IMG/VR virus record: IMGVR_UViG_3300028048_000051
Span: 111,843 to 175,842 of that record
DNA length: 64,000 bases
Direction: 5' to 3' (one strand)
From: a virus
Taxonomy: Duplodnaviria; Heunggongvirae; Uroviricota; Caudoviricetes
Part shown: positions 1 through 9,100 of the stretch, piece by piece
Layout: each line of letters begins with the position of its first letter
Position numbering within the stretch: position 1 is the stretch's first letter
Notes under the pieces: model-generated
What the model saw: the letters and a program-made list of their open reading frames with translations, nothing else
What the model was told of the DNA's origin: nothing
The model's database searches: none
Made by a program: the position numbers and the translations under genes

Positions 1-162
1 ACCGGCCGCACAAGCTGCAGTTCACCTAATCTGCAGAACTATCCGTCGCGGGACAAGGAATATCCGTTGCGCAACATCTTCATGCCTCCGGAGGGGTTTG
101 TGTTGTGCGCTACGGACTTTTCCTTCATAGAGTCGAACGAGCATGGCTCTCTTGCCGGGTAA
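1..162 (+). CDS. polA: Family-A DNA polymerase (Pol I-like) fragment, 5'-truncated by window edge, ending inside motif A
   Basis: Frame 1 reads ...SPNLQNYPSRDKEYPLRNIFMPPEGFVLCATDFSFIESNEHGSLAG*, matching the Pol I region NLQNIP...DYSQIELR. In-frame TAA at 160-162. Confidence 0.7.
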   Translation, partial: TGRTSCSSPNLQNYPSRDKEYPLRNIFMPPEGFVLCATDFSFIESNEHGSLAG

Positions 163-1129
163 CCGACATGACAAAAGAAAGTGAATTGCTGGAACGCCCA
201 ATGTGCGTAAGCATAATGGCCGATCAGCAGCCGATCAAGGATCGCCTAAACCAGAGGCATGGCGACCGGAAAAGGTTCATCGACCATCCGAAAGGAGTAG
301 GACTCTTCGTCCGAAGCGCTCCATCCCCGGAAACAGGGATGATGATATGGTCAGACCCCGCAGGAATGCGGAAAGGAGAAGAAAGTACATGAAGAACAAA
401 CACGGTGTTATCTACAAGATAGTATGCGCTCTCCACGAGCCGCACGTTGTCTATGTAGGGAAGACAACCCAAACACTGACCGGAAGACTCAGTCATCATG
501 CGGCCAGGCAACGCAAGCCCACAGCTATCAATAAATTGATAAGAACTGTAGGAAAGCAGTATTTCAGTATAGCGAAGATAGCTGAATCAGACGATCCGGT
601 AGAGTTGGCAGCACTGGAGAAGCGCTACATACAGGAATATAAATGCCTGTACAACAAGCGTATTGGCGCAGACTTCACGGAAAAGGATGTGCAGGAAGCA
701 CGAGAAACCTGCTACAAGAACAGGGCCGTGATCTGCGACGAAATGGGTACTGCCTACATATCCAGCGCAGAGGCAGCACGAGCCTTGGGATTGTGCGGTA
801 GCGATGTTCAGGAATGCTGCGCAAAACACCTGCAGCAGACCAAAGGCCTCCATTTTCGGTATGCTGACATGCCGCGCGAGGGTTATGTCGAATATTGGAA
901 CAATTCCATGATCCACAGAAACCGGCGTGTGCACTGCCCGGAGCTTCGTCAGACCTACGTGAATTGTCAGGCTGCAGCCACGGCTACTGGAGTGTCGAGA
1001 GACATCGTTTATCGTCAGTGTAATCACAAGGTTGCCAATTCCCGCTGTGGCTACACCTTCATGTACGAGGACTCGAAATGAGTATGCGCGTTCGCACAAA
1101 GTTGCCTTACGCGGTTCGGCAAATCGCGT
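163..1129 (+). mobile_element. Insertion interrupting polA at motif A; carries a GIY-YIG homing endonuclease gene (candidate group I intron or free-standing HEG that splits the gene)
   Basis: polA reading frame stops at 162 and resumes at 1130 with the motif A continuation (MADIINAGLDPH..., then KxxNFG motif B and VHDE motif C). There is 226 nt without an ORF before the HEG gene. Confidence 0.45.
389..1081 (+). CDS. GIY-YIG family homing endonuclease
   Basis: N-terminus MKNKHGVIYKI...VVYVGKT is the GIY-x10-YVG motif. A C-terminal helix-turn-helix-like segment (SSAEAARALGL) follows. Sits inside the split polA. Confidence 0.8.
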   Translation: MKNKHGVIYKIVCALHEPHVVYVGKTTQTLTGRLSHHAARQRKPTAINKLIRTVGKQYFSIAKIAESDDPVELAALEKRYIQEYKCLYNKRIGADFTEKDVQEARETCYKNRAVICDEMGTAYISSAEAARALGLCGSDVQECCAKHLQQTKGLHFRYADMPREGYVEYWNNSMIHRNRRVHCPELRQTYVNCQAAATATGVSRDIVYRQCNHKVANSRCGYTFMYEDSK

Positions 1130-1945
1130 ATGGCAGACATCATCAACGCCGGCTTGGACCCCCACCGTTGGTTCGCCGCGGTGAAGGCCCATCGGATAAC
1201 GACAAAATTGGACTTCATCCATGATCCCAAAGCCTGCGAAGATTTCAATGAATATTTGAAGCAAATCGTCTCCAAAGAGGAGCGGCAATTTGCAAAATCT
1301 TCAAATTTTGGGTTCCCGGGAGCGTTGGGCGCCAAGACTTTCTGGCGAAATTGCCGGGAGCAAGGAGTCGTGATGACTCTGGAGGAAGCCGCCGAGGCCC
1401 GCAAGGCCTGGATCGACGCCTTCCCCGAGATGCGGTATCACATGAAGCCGGAAGAAATCAAAGAAGATGCGAGGACACTCGCTAAATACGGAGGGGACAT
1501 CGATGAAGATGAAATAGAGATCGAAGGCAGCGAATCGTCGCGGCAAAGGTACAAGGCCACAACCATTACGGGGTTCAGGAGATACAACTGCTCCTACAAC
1601 TCTGCCTGCAACATCCACTTTCAGTCGGTAGTTGCCGAAGGAGCCAAGGAGGCGATGTGGAATCTACTGGCCAATGGTTTCGCCGACCGGATGGTCAACT
1701 TTGTCCATGATGAGGTCCTCTACTTGCTACGGATCGCGGAGCTTTGCGAGCGGATCCCTATAGTAGAGAAGTTGATGATCGCCGGGATGAAGAAAGTGAT
1801 ACCGGACGTCAAGGTGGGCGTGGAGAGTTCTGTAATGCGCCATTGGGATAAGGGCGCCGTGGAATTCGACAAGCTGGAATGGAAAGACGGCCGGCCGATA
1901 ATCGAAGAACCGGCATTTGTAAAGGGGCTGTACGCCCAAGGTTAA
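1130..1945 (+). CDS. polA: Family-A DNA polymerase C-terminal fragment (motif A tail, motif B, motif C)
   Basis: RQFAKSSNFGFPGALG is motif B (R..K..NFG..YG); VHDEVL is motif C; the start aligns with the Pol I sequence following DYSQIELR. Confidence 0.8.
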   Translation: MADIINAGLDPHRWFAAVKAHRITTKLDFIHDPKACEDFNEYLKQIVSKEERQFAKSSNFGFPGALGAKTFWRNCREQGVVMTLEEAAEARKAWIDAFPEMRYHMKPEEIKEDARTLAKYGGDIDEDEIEIEGSESSRQRYKATTITGFRRYNCSYNSACNIHFQSVVAEGAKEAMWNLLANGFADRMVNFVHDEVLYLLRIAELCERIPIVEKLMIAGMKKVIPDVKVGVESSVMRHWDKGAVEFDKLEWKDGRPIIEEPAFVKGLYAQG

Positions 1946-1981
1946 CAAAATGTGCATAACGCACGGAAAGAGAGAAGAGAA

Positions 1982-3409
1982 ATGCAAAGCATGGTAGGAG
2001 AAAGGCGTCAAAGCCAGCAGGTGCGACTGGGCCTCGTTCGTCCGGATTATCAAACCGGGTACGAGATCCCGTTGCTCCCGTATCAGAAGCGTGGTATTCT
2101 GAGTCGTGAGTTCTGGCCGAGCAGGGATCAGATCGTTCGCATCATCCCGGGCTACGATCCGGATACCGGCGAGATCTTTCCTCAGAACATCAACGTCAAC
2201 GAATTCGCCACGGATTCCGCGTATGCGGATTATCTGAGCGACACCTTCTGTACCGCATCCATCATGAGTGGGTTCGGCGGAGTCGGCAAGTTGCTGATCG
2301 CCGATTATCTTCCGGGAAGCGGGGAGGCTGAACGTTATGGCGGAAATACCGTTCTGCGGTGTTTCGCCAATACGATCTTCAACAGCCTCCGTGCCGAAAA
2401 GGAGAAGAAGGAAGTCCGCTGCAAGGGGATCCCCGAGTGGAAGGAATGGATGGGGCGTCAGGGGAAGCTCCCTCTGCCCCGTACTGCACTGCTTATGCAG
2501 GCGCTGATGTTCAAGATCAACGGCGAGTACATGCAGACGCGGGATGCGGATCGTGACGGGAACGAGGACGTCCTGTCCGGACCTTCCGGAGAGCCGCTTC
2601 CGCTGCTGGGAACTATTGCGATGGGCCAGAAGGAATCCATCAAGCAGTTGTTGCAGGCGTTGGTCGAACCTCAGGACAACAACAAACCGCTGAACGCACT
2701 CACCAACAACAAGTATGGCGGCATGGCGGAAGCGGAAGGGAACATCCTGTATCTCAACACGGTTTCCAATGCCGAAAAGACGCGGAACTATCTGCGTCCG
2801 CATGTGCAGGAAGCGGCCAAAGGGTGGAATCCTCACCCGTTCCCGCTGACCCCCGAGCAGATCAGGGCATTGTGGGTGCCGTGGCGTAAGCTGCTGCATT
2901 TCATGACGCCCGAGGAGCAGATGGAGGTGCTGACCGCAGAATTCGGTGCAGACAGCGTGAACTATGTGATCGGTCTCGATCCGCGATTCCGCGATCTGCC
3001 GATTCCGGAGTTCATCGCCAAGGCCGGATTTGGAAGGTATGCCGCCCTCACCGGGACTGCCAAACTGCCGACTGTCGCGGCTGCTCCTGTGGTGACGGCT
3101 TCGGTGTCTCAGGCTGCCGAGGAAGACGGGATCCCGATGGGATCGGCTCCTGCAAAGCCCTCCGGACTCAGTGGCCTCGGTGGGCTCGGTGGTTTGTCCA
3201 CTGGCATTTCCACGCCGAAACCCGCTCCCCGAAACGAAATGGCCCCCGGTATTGGCGTCGGGTTGGCTGCGCACACTCCGGTGGACAGTGAGGCCATACA
3301 GCGCGAACTTCAGAATATGAAGGAGAACGGGGTGTCCAACCCCGCCGCATCGCGCGAGATGGCCGAATCACTGCTCGTAGATTGTGACGTCAACAAAGAC
3401 GCCGAATAA
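1982..3409 (+). CDS. hypothetical protein with Gly-rich C-terminal region
   Basis: Long + strand ORF with a purine-rich ribosome-binding site before the ATG at 1982 (the track ORF begins at a GTG at 1952). No motif recognised. Confidence 0.55.
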   Translation: MQSMVGERRQSQQVRLGLVRPDYQTGYEIPLLPYQKRGILSREFWPSRDQIVRIIPGYDPDTGEIFPQNINVNEFATDSAYADYLSDTFCTASIMSGFGGVGKLLIADYLPGSGEAERYGGNTVLRCFANTIFNSLRAEKEKKEVRCKGIPEWKEWMGRQGKLPLPRTALLMQALMFKINGEYMQTRDADRDGNEDVLSGPSGEPLPLLGTIAMGQKESIKQLLQALVEPQDNNKPLNALTNNKYGGMAEAEGNILYLNTVSNAEKTRNYLRPHVQEAAKGWNPHPFPLTPEQIRALWVPWRKLLHFMTPEEQMEVLTAEFGADSVNYVIGLDPRFRDLPIPEFIAKAGFGRYAALTGTAKLPTVAAAPVVTASVSQAAEEDGIPMGSAPAKPSGLSGLGGLGGLSTGISTPKPAPRNEMAPGIGVGLAAHTPVDSEAIQRELQNMKENGVSNPAASREMAESLLVDCDVNKDAE

Positions 3410-3429
3410 TCTTTTTCGGAGAACGGTAA

Positions 3430-4797
3430 ATGGCCAATTCATTCATATCTGACATGATGGCCGATGTGGTCAAGGGCAGCAAGCCTGGGGCTATAGCCAC
3501 CGTGCAGGAACTGAAGGAAAATCAGTTCGGGCTGCCCCTGCCCCATTACGCGCAACAGTACCTCTTTGGGAGTACAGGCCTCCGACTGCGGACGTTCCAT
3601 TCCATAGCCGGGGTTCCTGCCTCCTGCAAGAGTCCATTGCTGTTCGATCTGATGGGACACATTTGCGCCGCACCGGACATCGGTGGTCTTGGTGGAATTG
3701 GATTCCTCTATGAATTGGAAGATAAGATCTCGCCGAGTTTGCTCGATTCGATGATGCGTCCATACGGAAACATCATCGGGGAGACGTTCCGGGTTATCCA
3801 GGACATGACCATCGACGAGGCTTTCAAGCATTTGACGCTGACTGTCATCGTCAATTACCTGAAGCGCATAACCGCAAGGAATGTGCCTCTGGTAGTCGGT
3901 ATGGATTCCATTGGCGGCGCCGCCTCCGCGGACACCGTCAAGAAAATCATGCAGGAAGGTAACGCCGGCAAGGGGTTCTACGAGAAGTCACACTACGTGA
4001 AGTACTTCTGCGAGAACATGTCCAGGATCATGGAGGATATTCCGATGGTGGTGATCTGTGTAAATCAGGAAAAGGAGAAAGCCTCCAGTGCTCCTGGCTA
4101 CGCAGGTCCGCCTCAGAAGCAGATCACCGGCGGCGTGAGTCAGATCTTCAAAGATGGACACATGATTTCGGCCACCTTCAAGACGCTTGCGTCCGGGGAT
4201 GGAAAAATCGTGACGTTGCGTACCACGAAGACCAGTTTCAGCGACGCCCGGAAGATCGAAGTTCGCTTCATGTGGAACAAATTCGGTACGAGCGAAGAGG
4301 ACTATTACGGTCATCACTTCGACTGGGCTCTGGCCTCGGCTAAGTGCCTTGCCGATCCGGAAAAAGGTGTAGGCGAACTGCGCTCCATAGCGGATGTGAA
4401 GGTGTCGGATGCAAATCTTGTCACCTGTCCGCAGTTGGGGTGCAAATCGGTCAAGCCCGAGGAATTCGAGCAGGCGCTCTTCGAGAACAAGGAGGTACTC
4501 AACGCGCTGTACGTCTATCAGAAGATCGACAGGATCAAGGACGTGAATGCGTACGTCGAATATCTGGAAGCCCTGAAGAAGAGCGGCAAGAAGGGAAAAG
4601 AGGCGGAGGTGATTCAGGTCGATAAACCCAAAAAGGGTGCGGCCAAGAAAGGTAAAGCCAAGCCCCAGGAAGACGTTGCCGCTCCTCCGGAGATGACGAA
4701 GGTCAGACCCTTGATGAGTTTTTCGCCGTCTGCCGAGGACAAGGAGGACGAGGATGACAAACCAAGCGTCTCCTCAGATAGCCGCGTTCTTGAGTGA
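3430..4797 (+). CDS. RecA-like recombinase (UvsX/Sak4-like) with non-canonical Walker A and a Lys-rich C-terminal tail
   Basis: GVPASCKS aligns to the RecA Walker A GPESSGKT. RNVPLVVGMDSIGGA resembles RecA VDVIVVDSVAAL. VVICVNQ resembles RecA LIFINQ. Confidence 0.5.
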   Translation: MANSFISDMMADVVKGSKPGAIATVQELKENQFGLPLPHYAQQYLFGSTGLRLRTFHSIAGVPASCKSPLLFDLMGHICAAPDIGGLGGIGFLYELEDKISPSLLDSMMRPYGNIIGETFRVIQDMTIDEAFKHLTLTVIVNYLKRITARNVPLVVGMDSIGGAASADTVKKIMQEGNAGKGFYEKSHYVKYFCENMSRIMEDIPMVVICVNQEKEKASSAPGYAGPPQKQITGGVSQIFKDGHMISATFKTLASGDGKIVTLRTTKTSFSDARKIEVRFMWNKFGTSEEDYYGHHFDWALASAKCLADPEKGVGELRSIADVKVSDANLVTCPQLGCKSVKPEEFEQALFENKEVLNALYVYQKIDRIKDVNAYVEYLEALKKSGKKGKEAEVIQVDKPKKGAAKKGKAKPQEDVAAPPEMTKVRPLMSFSPSAEDKEDEDDKPSVSSDSRVLE

Positions 4798-5278
4798 TGT
4801 CGGAAAAAGAACGGCAGTTCTCAGAAAGCAGCAGAAAACGGATGATATCATCAGATTTATCCGCAGCAGCTGGCGTTTGTGGACTGACGACCGAAACGAT
4901 CTGGAAATGGCGGTATCGCAACTCCACCGGGACAATGATGTCTCGGTGGAGCATCTTGCGATGCTTCTCGGGATTCCCGATGGGGTGTATTTCAAGCGCG
5001 TGAAGCAGACTGATGTCGCACGAGCGTTGCTCGATTTCCCCAAATCTGACTTGTTTGAAATATTTCTCAAGTGTGTTGACATGCGTAAATCCGCCGAGGC
5101 CTGTCTCTTTGCCGTAACCGGCAAGGAGGCGTTGGTTATCACCAACATGCAGACTGATTATGTCCCGGGCAAGATGCATCACTTCTTCAAGTCGATGCGC
5201 AATGCCAAGGATATTCATCTGTTCATGTCCGCGGAGGCGCCGGAGCGCTTGTCGATGTTCAGACATTTCGATCAATGA
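4754..5278 (+). CDS. hypothetical protein
   Basis: ORF with ATG start overlapping the end of the previous gene. Confidence 0.5.
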   Translation: MTNQASPQIAAFLSDVGKRTAVLRKQQKTDDIIRFIRSSWRLWTDDRNDLEMAVSQLHRDNDVSVEHLAMLLGIPDGVYFKRVKQTDVARALLDFPKSDLFEIFLKCVDMRKSAEACLFAVTGKEALVITNMQTDYVPGKMHHFFKSMRNAKDIHLFMSAEAPERLSMFRHFDQ

Positions 5279-5295
5279 AAAAGGAGTTTAAAAAA

Positions 5296-6345
5296 ATGAG
5301 CGAAGAAAACAACAACGTACCCACCGAAATTGAAGATGTTGCCGGAGTGGATGCTGCTCTGATGACTGTGGAGCCCATGCAGGGTTCCGATGTGGAGAGC
5401 ATCGCCCTCCCCGGACTGGATGAGGTGGACGACGACAAGAAAATAATCAAATCCATTCGTGATGTCTTCCGTGGTTTCGATTTCAACACCAAGGATGACT
5501 TCGGCACTCGATTCCCCACACTCGATTCGTTGGTGGATTACACCAGAAGTGCGATCGAGGATATTCGTGATGCTCGTACGAAGAGTGTGGCGGAGACGCT
5601 GCTCAACCAGGGCGCCTGTATTGGGCGTTTCTGGTGTGTCGGCAAGGCACTGGATTCCGCGCTGACCAATGCGAGTTACGGCGTGAACGCCTACAACCAG
5701 TTGGCGACCTCGTTGGGAAAGAGTGTTGGATTCGTATACAAATGGCGGTCTGTTGCCAAGAATCTCACGCTCAGTCAGGCATATCTGCTCGGCATCCGCG
5801 GCGTGGAGCAGACCACCGTGGTCAATCTCGCCTACAACATACACGACGACAACACGCGCAATGCGCTCATCTCAGGCTTCGTGTCGGCGGTGGTCGATGG
5901 GGCAGATGAACAGACCCGACTGGAAGCGGTGCGCAAGTTGAAGCAGGCCATCAACGACATTCCGCACAATAATCTACTGGAGACCGGGAATACCGATCCG
6001 GCTACCGGCGGAAATGAAGTGGAAGTCACGCCGGAGTTCACTGCCGCAATGAAGCTGTTTGCGGATATGCACCGCAAATACGCTCCGGTGGCGGATGAGA
6101 AATTTTTCGACCGTGTCGCCACTGTCTGCGAGGATTTTTACCTGATGGACGACGTTCCCGACTGTGAGGATCATCTGGAACGTCTGCGCGAACAGGCAGA
6201 AGAACTCAAGACGATGCTCACCGCGGCCATGAACATGACCACCGATGCGATTGCTCAACTTGACTCCATCGCTCACTGTGAACTCACCAAGGCGGAAGAC
6301 AATGACCAGGATGGAGGGGCTGACGGACAGATTGTCCAAGGCTAA
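5296..6345 (+). CDS. hypothetical acidic protein
   Basis: ORF 5275..6345. The ATG at 5296 is preceded by AAGGAG; the ATG at 5275 (ATGA overlap) is an alternative start. Confidence 0.55.
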   Translation: MSEENNNVPTEIEDVAGVDAALMTVEPMQGSDVESIALPGLDEVDDDKKIIKSIRDVFRGFDFNTKDDFGTRFPTLDSLVDYTRSAIEDIRDARTKSVAETLLNQGACIGRFWCVGKALDSALTNASYGVNAYNQLATSLGKSVGFVYKWRSVAKNLTLSQAYLLGIRGVEQTTVVNLAYNIHDDNTRNALISGFVSAVVDGADEQTRLEAVRKLKQAINDIPHNNLLETGNTDPATGGNEVEVTPEFTAAMKLFADMHRKYAPVADEKFFDRVATVCEDFYLMDDVPDCEDHLERLREQAEELKTMLTAAMNMTTDAIAQLDSIAHCELTKAEDNDQDGGADGQIVQG

Positions 6346-7036
6346 AGAAATCGCCCACGCGTTTGCCGGTGATTCCTTCGGAGAAAAAGAACTCGTGGGG
6401 CTGTGCCGCGCCTGCTCCCGCCTATGTCTGCCTCGCAAAGGCAAACTGGACGGTGTGCAGGCATTGGCCCTGCAACAGAGCCTGGAACATTTGCGCGGAC
6501 GCGGGCATTCCGAGGACATCATATACCTCAACATGTACCGCGTGATCGCCAACTGGGATTTCATCCGGGAAGGCATGCGCATTCCGATTTGGCAGGGCGA
6601 GCCCATCACATCGGACGTCATCTTCATTGGCGTCCGACTGCTCTCCAACAAACCTGGAGAGATGCCGCGTTATCACCTTGACGTGAGGTTAAAAACCGGT
6701 ATCGGAGCAGGCATAATATGTGGGGCGGTCCTTAGGACTGAAGCCATGCAATTGTTCTTGGACCGCGTCTCAGGGTGTGCAAAATACAACTGCACAGTCG
6801 AGGAGATAGCCGGCATGCAAACCAGAGCCGTGGTATCCCTGGTGTCAGGAAATCTGCATTTTCACGACTGGAAGTGCACTCCGGAACAAAAACGCAAGAA
6901 CAAGGAATTGGCTGAATTGCGTGGTGATCCCTGCAAATGCAGGAAGAAGAATATGTGCAACACCTGCAAGTGCGACATCAACGAGTGTCCGCTTGCGGTG
7001 TGGCTGCCGAATGAGGAAAAAATAAAAAATGGATAA
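6302..7036 (+). CDS. hypothetical protein with Cys-rich C-terminus
   Basis: ORF 6245..7036 with an internal ATG at residue 20. C-terminus reads CKCRKKNMCNTCKCDINEC. Confidence 0.5.
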   Translation: MTRMEGLTDRLSKAKEIAHAFAGDSFGEKELVGLCRACSRLCLPRKGKLDGVQALALQQSLEHLRGRGHSEDIIYLNMYRVIANWDFIREGMRIPIWQGEPITSDVIFIGVRLLSNKPGEMPRYHLDVRLKTGIGAGIICGAVLRTEAMQLFLDRVSGCAKYNCTVEEIAGMQTRAVVSLVSGNLHFHDWKCTPEQKRKNKELAELRGDPCKCRKKNMCNTCKCDINECPLAVWLPNEEKIKNG

Positions 7037-7757
7037 AAAACTGCATATCGTCAGAGTGCGTGGACGTGGTGACGGGACGTTCTATGATCCGCAGGCAGAT
7101 TTCCGCGGGATCTTGCCGAACATTGCTGTGCTCACACTCGGTGAATTGGAGGATTCGACAGAGGACCAGGAAGCGAAACAGGCGTACAAACACCTGTATC
7201 ACAGTTTCCGGATCTTCCAGTTGAGACTGCTGGAGGACAGCACCCCGTTGAACGAGCAATTGAAGTTGTTCCATACCGCGGTGAGCACCGTTCCTCTGAA
7301 ATATCGGGAAACGTGGCGTGCGGCGTTCATGGAAGTGCTGTTGTCGTTGTATGCATTGCTCATGCGTCGAGATCAGCCGATGCGTGGACGGGACTTCAAG
7401 GATCTCGTTAATGCCGCAGGGATGCTCAGCCTGCAAAAGAGACTGTCTCCGGAACACTATCGGCAGGTGTGTTCCTGGCTCGGAGAAGAGGGCGTGGATT
7501 CCACGTTTCCGGTATCGCAGGAGTCCACCGCCATATGTGAAGAGACAGGAGACAAGTTCACGAGGTTGCGGGACATTGCCGCCAGACTGGTCAACGCCGA
7601 CGGTGCCGAAACATGGGAGGAGATGGCTGATTTGTGCGACAAGCAGTTCAATGCTGATGGTCTTGCCGACGTGGAGAACATTGCGCTGGCTTTGGCTTAT
7701 CCCACCTACCGGCATCCGACGATGCGTGTGGAAGTGGAGGAGGAAGATGGAAGGTGA
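7029..7757 (+). CDS. hypothetical protein
   Basis: ORF with GAGGA ribosome-binding site before the ATG. Confidence 0.55.
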   Translation: MDKKLHIVRVRGRGDGTFYDPQADFRGILPNIAVLTLGELEDSTEDQEAKQAYKHLYHSFRIFQLRLLEDSTPLNEQLKLFHTAVSTVPLKYRETWRAAFMEVLLSLYALLMRRDQPMRGRDFKDLVNAAGMLSLQKRLSPEHYRQVCSWLGEEGVDSTFPVSQESTAICEETGDKFTRLRDIAARLVNADGAETWEEMADLCDKQFNADGLADVENIALALAYPTYRHPTMRVEVEEEDGR

Positions 7758-8532
7758 TTTCATCGAAAAACTTCACCGGCTGTACGGCATAAAAGATCAG
7801 GTCCTCTATCGCTGGAAGATCGGACGAACCGCAGGTACGCGGTACTGTGTTCTTTCGAGCGTGAGGTTCGAGTCGTTGTCCTGTCGTGACGGCGATATTG
7901 CGTTCAGCAGCGCTGCAGGATATCTGCAGTATGCATACGGCAGACCTCAGATCATCTTTGCTGACAAGGACATCGTGTTGAGTCTGTCTGGTTCGCGGGC
8001 CGGATGCAATTTCCCGTCCCGTTTTCGGCGCGATGAGGAGGACGTCAGCAAGGCGCCCAACTGCGGACAGTACGATGTTGGTCCCAACAGCCCGTCATGG
8101 TTGATCAACAAGGTGTTGAGCATGGGTAATGATCCTTATTACAACACCTTCAAGATCGTGCAGCCCGAGTGGTATCGTTCCACCAGGATGCCGGAGAATC
8201 TGAAACCGCTGTTCAATGCGGAGCTGATTCATGCCATAGGCGGCAGCAAGGGAGATCATCTGGAGAAGCTGGAGAAACTTTTCCAGCAGAATCTCGACAG
8301 ATTCGGCACATACGAGGAGGAAGGTTATGTGATACCGTTCGATCTCGTGGTCGCCGGAGGGCGGGTCATGTGTGCGACCAAAGGACTTTACGGTCGACAT
8401 GGCGCATTGCACTGCATGGACGGCGCCCAGTTTCGCGCCGAGATGGCGAGACTGCATTGGCATCTCAAAACAGGGGACTCCTATGGAACAGAGGAAGCGG
8501 CTGACCTGGGGAAGCTTGCTGCCGACGAATAG
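7747..8532 (+). CDS. hypothetical protein
   Basis: Internal ATG (MEGDFIEK) of track ORF 7318..8532. Overlaps the previous gene end by 11 nt. Confidence 0.55.
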   Translation: MEGDFIEKLHRLYGIKDQVLYRWKIGRTAGTRYCVLSSVRFESLSCRDGDIAFSSAAGYLQYAYGRPQIIFADKDIVLSLSGSRAGCNFPSRFRRDEEDVSKAPNCGQYDVGPNSPSWLINKVLSMGNDPYYNTFKIVQPEWYRSTRMPENLKPLFNAELIHAIGGSKGDHLEKLEKLFQQNLDRFGTYEEEGYVIPFDLVVAGGRVMCATKGLYGRHGALHCMDGAQFRAEMARLHWHLKTGDSYGTEEAADLGKLAADE

Positions 8533-9100
8533 TCCGGTTATCCTGCTGTGTACCGCCACTACCGGGTTGAAACCGCCGGAGGGCAAGTGCATCGGGGTTT
8601 GGTATCGGATATTCGACGTCAGAAGTCAGATAAGCACACAAGATTGTCTGATCAGAGACCTTTCGGAAGAGGAGCTTGCTCAAGGATCCGAGTACCATAA
8701 AATTACTTCGGAGTTTGTCCGGGTTCATGCTTTGGACAAGGAAGCGTTCCGCAGACGTTGTGTTGAACTTTTCGGTTCCGCCACGCTGTTGACGTTCAAT
8801 CCGAAGTTCCAGTCGCAGTGGCTTCCGGAAGCCGTCGGGCATCTGTTTGATCTGCCGTTGCTATTGAAAGGAGCCGACATGCGCATATGTATGACGCCTG
8901 AGGATTCAGGCAGTCTGCGTAACGCGGAGGCATTTTTCATGACAATGACGTTTTCGCCGAAAATCCAGGAATCCATGCGTTGGCATGGTGTCACTGAGGC
9001 AGAGGCAGAATTCCCGGTCGAGTCGAAACTCGTCGGCCTTTTCCATCTTTTCCGGGCTTGGAAAAACTTGGAACTTTCGGTGCAGGAGCCGACAACTTGA
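8483..9100 (+). CDS. degenerate DnaQ-like (DEDD) 3'-5' exonuclease fold protein, probably catalytically inactive
   Basis: VILLCTATTGL resembles the Exo I motif DTETTGL with D changed to C and E to A. LLTFNPKFQSQWL is Exo II-like. Confidence 0.4.
   Translation: MEQRKRLTWGSLLPTNSPVILLCTATTGLKPPEGKCIGVWYRIFDVRSQISTQDCLIRDLSEEELAQGSEYHKITSEFVRVHALDKEAFRRRCVELFGSATLLTFNPKFQSQWLPEAVGHLFDLPLLLKGADMRICMTPEDSGSLRNAEAFFMTMTFSPKIQESMRWHGVTEAEAEFPVESKLVGLFHLFRAWKNLELSVQEPTT

Noticed and set aside
163-388. Group I intron core elements (P/Q/R/S-like strings GAATGCGGAAAGG, ACCCCGCAGG, GTTCATCGACCA, GATGATATGGTCAGACC)
   Set aside because: The resemblance is suggestive, but the elements occur in a non-canonical order (R, S, Q, P), so an intron cannot be asserted without a covariance-model search.
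1727-3274. 515-aa minus-strand ORF antisense to gene 1982..3409
   Set aside because: Arg/Gly/Pro-rich antisense ORF typical of GC-rich coding DNA. The sense-strand gene has a ribosome-binding site and continuous coding context.
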